DNA of 64,000 nt, taken from Octopus vulgaris (Eukaryota). Position numbers and translations under genes: made by a program. How positions within the stretch are numbered: the first letter of the stretch is position 1; the number at the start of each line of letters is the position of its first letter. Shown piece by piece: positions 56,353 through 64,000 of this stretch. Below the pieces are notes generated by a model. The model made no database searches and was not told the DNA's origin. It saw nothing but the letters and a program-made list of their open reading frames with translations. Location: positions 24,986,001 to 25,050,000 of the forward strand of contig OX597833.1 of NCBI GenBank assembly GCA_951406725.2, in the 5' to 3' direction.

Positions 56353-56559
56353 GATATAAAAATATATATGTACGTATATATATTTTTACATATGCATATA
56401 TATGTATATCATATATAAATGTATATATATATTTATTTATTTTGCTATTTTATTATATATAACATAAACAACAACATTAATAATAATATTAAGGATAATA
56501 ATAGGAGACTACATCAACAGACAAGTAAAATTCAATAACGTATTACACACATTGGAACA

Positions 56560-57290
56560 AAGAACATCGCACATATACAGATTATCTTATCAAGGCTGTC
56601 ATTAGGATTATGGCAGAAAGGATGGGATTGTGAATTACTGAGAACAGAACAGCAACGGATACTAGAGGAAATAAAGAATCGTGGTGGGAAAAGAGAAACT
56701 GGGAAAATATAAACTTCCTGAACAATACTTTTCAGAAAAAGAAATGTAGAGCTTGAGAATGAATGGAAATTCGAAAAAGTTAGGATGAAGTTTAGTGTAG
56801 ATACAAAAGGCCTGAATTTTGTTATTGAAAAACTGAAGCAGTGCATACATGCAAAAAAAAAAAAAAGCAAAGCTAACTAGGTCTGGGCAACGGGTTAAGA
56901 AATACCAGCAAAACAAGTTGTTTAGAACCAACCAAAATAGATTTTACCAAGTGATTAATGATGATAGAAAACGTGAAAGATTAGTTCATGATGTTGACGA
57001 AGGTCGACTTTTCTGGGGTAAAATATAGCGTACGCAAGAACAACATAATACTACAGCTGAATGTCTCTGCAGCCTGAAGCAAACCACTTCTTATTTCTAG
57101 CAAAAGGCTATCCTCTTCACAGAAGACAATATCAGAAATATGAGTAAAAAGATAAGCAGCATGAACCTATTGATGTACAGGCATTTTAGATAAAAAAGTT
57201 CAGTTGTTGCCATAAATTGATCGCGGAGCAATTTAATGCAAATATCATTCCGGGCTGGTTGACAAAAGGACGGACGGTGACAATTACAGA
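56560..57290 (+). mobile_element. Decayed R4/Dong-like LINE, region N-terminal of RT
   Basis: IEKLKQ.I.AK...YQQNKLFRTNQNRFYQ and PGWLTKGRT motifs. Confidence 0.65.
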
Positions 57291-57544
57291 CGAATTTCCT
57301 GCCTCCCATTAATGTGGAAGTTACAACCAGGAGGAATTACAGAAGAACTGTATACATTTTTTAATGGCTATGTGAAGTTGAAACAGCGAGAAAGGGGATG
57401 GCAGTTATTAGAGGGTGGGAAAGGGTCTATTTCATAGATGCTTTTAGAGTTGCTAAGGGGAATTCGAAGAAAGAAGTTCAGTTGGCATTGGTCACTTCAG
57501 CCATGTAACTATACATGGGCTATTGGTGATTTTTCCTGATTTGG

Positions 57545-57870
57545 ACTTTTCCGTTTTCCTTTCCGACAAAGAGCTATGCACGAAACATCAAAATCTCTCT
57601 CCTCTTCTTGAGCATCAAACCAATACATTCATTATGCACATCCTTTTGTCTGTAATTGTTATTTTTAACATTTGATTATTTGATTTGATTAAATATATAG
57701 TTAAAATTCACATAAAAACAAAGGTGGAAGAGAAGTGAAGAAAGAACAAGCAGGTGTATTAGTTTAACACTCGGCAAGAATGAAAAAATCTTTGACGTTT
57801 CGAGCCTATGCTCTTATACAGAAAGGTTTGAGATGGAAAAAACGGAGAATGAGAAAATGTGTATGGATTA
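57545..57870. mobile_element. Two inverted copies of the pLTR-like repeat with degenerate hammerhead topology
   Basis: Plus copy 57559-57593; minus copy 57790-57825 (CTTT-CTGTATA-A-GAGC-ATAG-GCTC-GAAAC-GTC-AAAG). Confidence 0.55.
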
Positions 57871-57929
57871 ACGGTTCGACATGGTATATATATATATATA
57901 TATATATATACACTCCCACACACATCTAT

Positions 57930-58130
57930 ATGTGTCTGACTCGTATTTGTGCTTGTCCCCAAACCACTTGACAGCAAGTGTTGGTTTCTTTACGTCCCCA
58001 TAACATTCGTGCTTCAGAAAATTTGACTGTTATTGTAAGTACCGGGCTTTAGAAAAAAGTACTGGCATGGATTCGTTCCTTCAAATACATTCAAGGCGGT
58101 GCTAAATAAGCAAAAGAATAGATAAAAGAA
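57930..58130 (+). mobile_element. SINE family B 3' half, decayed
   Basis: TTGTCCCC...CTTGACA...TTTACGTCCC...TAAGTAC...AAGGCGGTGCT. Confidence 0.6.
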
Positions 58131-59889
58131 ACACATGCATACATACACACATACACTCACACACAGACACTCATACATACACACACGTACATACACATAT
58201 TTATTTCTATATATAAGCGTGTGCGCGTGCTTATGTGCTCTTGTTTTTGTGGGTGTGTGTGTATATATATATATATTCTCCAACTGAATCTAGATCCAAT
58301 TTTATGTTGCTGTTAATAACTCCTTCATGTCCAGAAGTTAACAGAAGAGAGTCTGTAAGTCATACTCATTTCAATATGGCCGTCGAACTTCCCGTCAGCA
58401 GGTTCTCTCTCTATGCTAAACGGAAATCATTAGTCAGTTGTAGTGAGTGTTATATTTTCGGAATATAGCGAAATACACCATTGTGTTCACTAGAAGAAAT
58501 GCATTGTAAATTTATCTGCTCTATCTCTCCTCCTTCTCTACCACCTCATCATCACCATCATCGTCGTCGTCGTTGTCATCGTCATCATCATCAGCATCAT
58601 CATCATCCACATTATTGTTATGTGGATATAATTAGCTGTCAGCAGTTCTATTTTAATGCGTGGTTTCTAGAAATATAAATGGTTACTTTCTCTCTCTGAA
58701 ACTGTATTTAAAAATAATTTACAAAAATTCTCCCATCAATCTTATTGTCTTTTTTTCCAGATTTGTTTGGTGGGGGATTGAAATTCTTCAATGTAGAGAT
58801 GGAATTATATTTTAGAATTTTATTATGATTACGGGATTGATATTTCATTTAGGATGCACTTCCTTTCCTGTGGATCCTTGCTCACAATATTTGGATTACT
58901 AATGTTGGCCTCCGTATCTATATGTTTTAGTAGATAGCGTAAATTTTATTCGTAGATACATGTATATGACTATACCATCTCATTAGCTAACTGTTTCTTT
59001 TTAACGACCGTATATTATGCAGTTAATGTATTCTGTTCGATTTCAGGTGTTTTGTGAAATAAAATTCTACTCTAGTAAGAAGGCCTTCATCATGCGCTTT
59101 AATTTAAATCTCTCACTTTCGGCTTTGAGATCCGTACTTCTTGGGAAGTGGCGTCACTTTTCTTTCTATTTTCAATATCTTCCTATTTTTCAGGTATTGG
59201 GCATGGCGTGTTGGGCCTGACGTGAGGACCTTTCCTAAACATCTTAGCATGGCATTCTCTTAACCCATTTTAGTTTAATTTTGAAATGTTTTCATGATTA
59301 TTTCTCCTTTTTGCTCACAACTGTCTGCCATTTCAATCTCAGTTTTGCATTTGTTGGCTTCCATAATGACAGAAGTAGCTTTTAACTTTTTCACCATTTA
59401 TGTACTTATTTCTGTATTTCCCTCATAACTGTCACTTAGCCAGTTTGTGTACGCATAATAACCGAAAGCCGAACATTCGTAATATATAATTAATGCGATG
59501 TAAATAACAATAAATTTCAATATAAGTACGAACATTCGTAATCTATAAATTATGTGATGTAAAGAGCAATAAATTTTCAAGTAAATTGGTGTAACACTTA
59601 ACTTACACAGTTAGCTTTTGGAAATTTCGACAATTTCTAACACTGAGCTACATATTTGAGAAGATGAAATAATAGAAATAAAACTCTACACAGGTACGAA
59701 GTGCTGAGAGGTGGGATTTGTGAGGTTTCTCGATTAATCGTAGTTAACAGCCGACTAGTTCCTTGTGGATTGTATCATCCATGTATTCATGTATATATTT
59801 ATTGTGTATACTGCTTACCTGATTTCATTCCCACATCTCGTCTGTTTGTGTGAAACTCTCATACGAAAAGGAAGTCTGTGTTTGTATTG

Positions 59890-60300
59890 ACTTCTACCTC
59901 CTCGACATGCTCCTTGACTTCCTCCTCTTCTTCCACCTCTTTCTCTTCTCCTTCCTCATCTTCTTCTTCCTCCACTTGCTCCTCCTTCTCCACTTCTTTC
60001 TCCTCCACTTCTTCTTTTTCTTCTCCTTCCTCTTTTTCCTACAACTCTTGTTCTCCTTCCCTTCTACTTACTCTCCTTCTACATACACCTCTTCCTCTTC
60101 CTCTTCCCCTTCTACTTCCTCTTCTTCTTCCTCATTTTCTTCCCCCTCCACTTCTTCCTCCTCCACTTCTTCATCTTCCTCTATCTTTTGTTTTTTGCTT
60201 TCCCCTTCTACTTACTCTTCTTCTTCTTCATCCCATCTTCTTCTTCTTTCTTTCCTTCAACTTCCTCCTCCTCTTCTTCTTCTTCCTCCTCTTCTTCTTT
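59890..60300. repeat. Degenerate (TTC/TCC)n polypyrimidine tract
   Basis: Direct reading. Confidence 0.9.
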
Positions 60301-61444
60301 TTGTCAGTTTTGACGAGCATATCAAAGATGATTGTCGTCAGACGGATGTGATGTGCCGCGTTTTGTATATGTTTATATAACTTCTTGCCTGTTTTAAGGT
60401 GGAAGTGTTGGCATATTGCCCAACACTTGTTGATATTCCAATTCGATCATATCTGTGCATATATTCAAGTTTGTTGATGTTTCTACTGTCCCATTGTGCT
60501 GGTTGAACATTCTGCACATGTTGTTAGAATCTGTTTTCATTATTTTGTTCATATAATTATCTGTTGTAAGCTATTGGTCTTGTATATCCCAAATCAGTTC
60601 TGTTTCTATTTTTACTCCAGAGACAGAGTTGAAATTGACTTTAGTTTACTTCTCAGTCGAGCCTTGCGAGCTATTGGCATAGAATGGTTTTGCTCTCCAT
60701 TTCTTTACTATGTTTTGGAAGTCTGTTTTCATGTTTGTTTTTGTCTCTTTAACCATCTCTGTTTACTTGTAATCTAAATTTATTGTTTCAACATAGTTTG
60801 ATTCTGCTTTGTACTTTATCGATTCCTTGTGTACAGAGAAAAGTATTTTTCTTCATGTTTCTTTATTACATTTATCAATCTTCTATTCTTTGTTTCTAAA
60901 TATTTTTCCAGTCTGACTGTTCTATTCTATAGTAGCTTTCTATTTATATTAGGCTTCCGTGTGAGTGGAGTGGCTATATTGTGCCTATATCTGCTTTGGA
61001 AGAGTGACTTAAGTTTCTGAAGTGTTGCTGTTGTTGTTGATGTTGCTATTACCACCAGGGTATCTAAAGCATCCGAAAAATGTTGTGTGGCATTTGATCT
61101 AATTGTACTTGGTCTGGTTTCAAATCTCACTCTCCCGCTTTACCTTTTATCATTCGGGGTCGCTGAAATAAAGTACCAGTTAAGTACTGAGTCAATGTAA
61201 TCAACTAACTTGTTCACAAAAGCTATTGTGCTTAAATCATGAATATTTATAAGTATGACGGATTGTTAGAATCATTAGATTGTCTGATCTTAGAGCCAAT
61301 TGTGGCCCTTTTGGCTTTTCTCCCGATGAGATGCGACAAAATAAAGTACTAGTTAAATATTGGGGTAAACGTTTTCAAGTACACCCTTTCTTCAAATTTA
61401 CTCTATTTGTGCCAAAACTAGAAGGGATTCCGTCATTTCAGTCA

Positions 61445-61835
61445 TTTAGTCCTTTACTTACTTCAGTCATTTGACTGCCGCCATGCTGGAGCACCGCCTT
61501 TAGTCGAACAAATCGACCCTAGGACTTAATTTTATAAGCCTAGTACTTATTCTATCGGCTCTTTTGCCAAACCGCTATGTTACGGGATGTAAACACACCA
61601 ACATCGGTTGTCAAGCGATGGTGGGAGGACAAGCATAGACTCACACACAAATATATATATATATATATATATACGACGGGCTTCTTACAGTTTCCATCTA
61701 ACAGATGCACTCACAATAGTTTGGTTGGCCCGAGGCTATAGTAGAAGACACTTGCCTAAGCTGCCACGCACTGGAACTGAACCCGGAACCATGTGGTTGG
61801 TAAGCAAGCTTCTTACAACAGAGCCACGCTGCACC
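61445..61835 (-). mobile_element. SINE family B, near full length
   Basis: Aligns with 44892-45260; flanked by decayed family A copies (61080-61420, 61865-62065). Confidence 0.85.
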
Positions 61836-62369
61836 ATGTTACTTTTATCAATAATTTTATTAAAATGGCAAGCTGGCAAAAATCATTAGTTCTTCGGAAA
61901 AACTGATTAGCCGCATTTCTTCCAGCGCTTTATGTGTCGAGCTCAAATTCTGCCGAGGTGGATTTTACTCTTCATCATTAAGGAGTCGGCTAAACAAGTA
62001 CCGTTTCAGCACTGGGGACGAATACCCTTCTAAAACTACTGACCTTGGGTTGAAAACTGAAACCACGTAATATGCAGTGGTCAGTGTGAGGCTAAATCAA
62101 ACATGGCGAAGCTTGAATGATCTGTTTTTGTTGTTACCGTTTTGTTTCTGAATGTTTTTTTATTCCTTTTTTGATATTCGCGCACAGTTTGGTAGGGAAC
62201 AGTTTTACGTTGTACGAGTCGTGCTTGCGCAGTGTCATGCTTAGGAAGTATGGTGTTTAGGCAGTGTGATTTTTAGGAGAGTTTTGCGAAAGAGAGAGGG
62301 AGAGACGGAAAGAGAGAGAGGAGAGAGAGCGAGAGAGCGAGAGAGCGATCAGATTCACATCGAGAAGGA

Positions 62370-63150
62370 TTGTGGATTATTACAATGGCATGATAAAAGT
62401 GTGGGAATAAAAAGTTTTGAGTGTTAGGTGCTTACTAGGGTAGACATGGATTTGGGAGTGAGAAAAATGGTTGGAGTGGGGCAATGGCTTCTGAGGTGTA
62501 GAAATGAAGACTGCGTAGGCTAGGAATTCATGACGTGTTAAGGGAAGTGGATGCAAGGGAGAGGAAGTGAGGGTGATGGATTTAGTTGCGTGGAACGAAT
62601 GTGTATAGGAGCGAGTGGGGTTTGTTCTCAGTTAGAGCCATAAAGAGCAAGCAGTTGATGTCATAGATGAATGGGATAATGGAACAGGAGAGGAGAGTTT
62701 TTGAAAGTGGAATGAAGTGCATAGGGTTTGGGAAAATGGTACAAGGCGGCACGGATTTTCGAAAAGTATTGAGGATAAAGTCCTGTATAAGGAGACAGGA
62801 AGTTTTGCAGTGGAGAGGTTATGGAGAAAAAGTGGAGAAGCGATGTAATATATAAAGTTGGAGAGTAGATGAAAGCCACGAAGAATGGGTTGCTGCTTCA
62901 GATAAAAATTAACAGATAGCGTGTAACTTGATTGAGCAGGGAGGATGGAAGTTAGAATCAGCTAGGGGAAATGAGAAATTGCTTAAGGAATATGTGAAGA
63001 ATGTGGAGACGCATGCTGGTGGAATAAAAAAAAAGAAGAAGCAAAATGTAAGAAAAATACTCAGATATTACGACAACATTGAATTGGTAAATTGAAAATG
63101 TTGAATACAATATTGGCCAAGATAGATCCAAAATGCGGGGCAAGATCGAA
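62370..63150 (-). mobile_element. Possible ancient LINE RT C-terminal relic
   Basis: LYRTLSSILFE resembles LY..L.R..LEY; otherwise heavily mutated. Confidence 0.25.
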
Positions 63151-64000
63151 TGGTGAGTTGAAAGTACGACAATAAATGAAGAGAAGAGAATGAACTGACC
63201 GGATAAGTTGAGCGTAAAGGTATTAATTAGAATATTAACAATGAGAATAATAAGCAAAGTGAAATTAACATTTTGTTGTTGTTCAGTAAAATATTAACAA
63301 TGTTGAAGCGTCATAGATATTTCGACATTCATCGCCTCTTCAGAAATTTAGATATTTACAAGGAAAATTATAAAGGAACGAAAGACAAAGCAGGAACAGA
63401 GAAGTATATGAATATACATACATTCATGCATGCAAACATACATACTTATACATGCATAAAAACATAAATACACAACATATATGGGTGTATGTATGTATGT
63501 ATGTATGTATGTATGTATGTATGTATGTATGTATGTATGTATGTATGTGAGTGTGCGCGCGCATAATGGCGTACACACACATGTATGTGTGTATATACAT
63601 ATATGAAACATTTGAGTGATAGATAATCGACCCTAAAATCCTCTAGACGTATACATGCATACATACATGCATATATATATATATAAGTATGTGTATGTTT
63701 GTGTTTCTCTATGTGTTTCACTGTTTGTATATATGTATATATATACATATATATATATATATACACATATGTGTGTGTGTATATATATATATTTATATAT
63801 ATGTATATATACACATTCATATATATGTGCGTATGCAACCTTTATTCACTACTATTCATACACACATTCTCACACACATATTCATGCATACATGCATACA
63901 TACTTATATGTATGTGTGTGTGCGCGGGTAAGTGTGTGTGTGTATACATATATACTACACACGCAGAGGAAGAACGAGAGAAAGAGAGAGACAGAGAGAG

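Noticed and set aside
58745-58830. Splice acceptor TTTTTTCCAG as partner of the 9245 exon
   Set aside because: All three frames hit a stop within about 25 codons and no homology is visible.
60300-60960. Possible N-terminal LINE relic on minus strand
   Set aside because: Too decayed to assign without a database search.

Overview
Eukaryotic, AT-rich, microsatellite-saturated, gene-poor DNA. The SINE/LINE/microsatellite repertoire resembles a coleoid cephalopod such as Octopus (inference, not database-checked). No host gene can be supported with confidence, and most ORFs in the track are microsatellite artefacts. Main result: the near-identical ~486-bp tandem repeat at 1-2073, with an inverted continuation to ~2896, carries one complete type I hammerhead ribozyme per unit on a single strand: stem I ATTTCTTG/CAAGAAAT, core CUGAAGA...GAAA, palindromic stem III, GUA cleavage site, long G.U-rich stem II. 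This looks like a retrozyme/ribozyme-satellite predicted to self-process into ~486-nt, possibly circular, RNAs. Several other minimal hammerhead-like motifs occur in Penelope-type fragments. The remainder is a TE graveyard: one uninterrupted CR1-like ORF2 (921 aa), a cluster of R4/Dong-type REL LINE fragments in (TAA)n or (CATA)n arrays, RTE and Tx1-like fragments, mariner/maT/hAT relics, a non-autonomous Helitron, several tRNA-derived SINE families and multiple local fold-back inversions. Boundaries of decayed elements are approximate.
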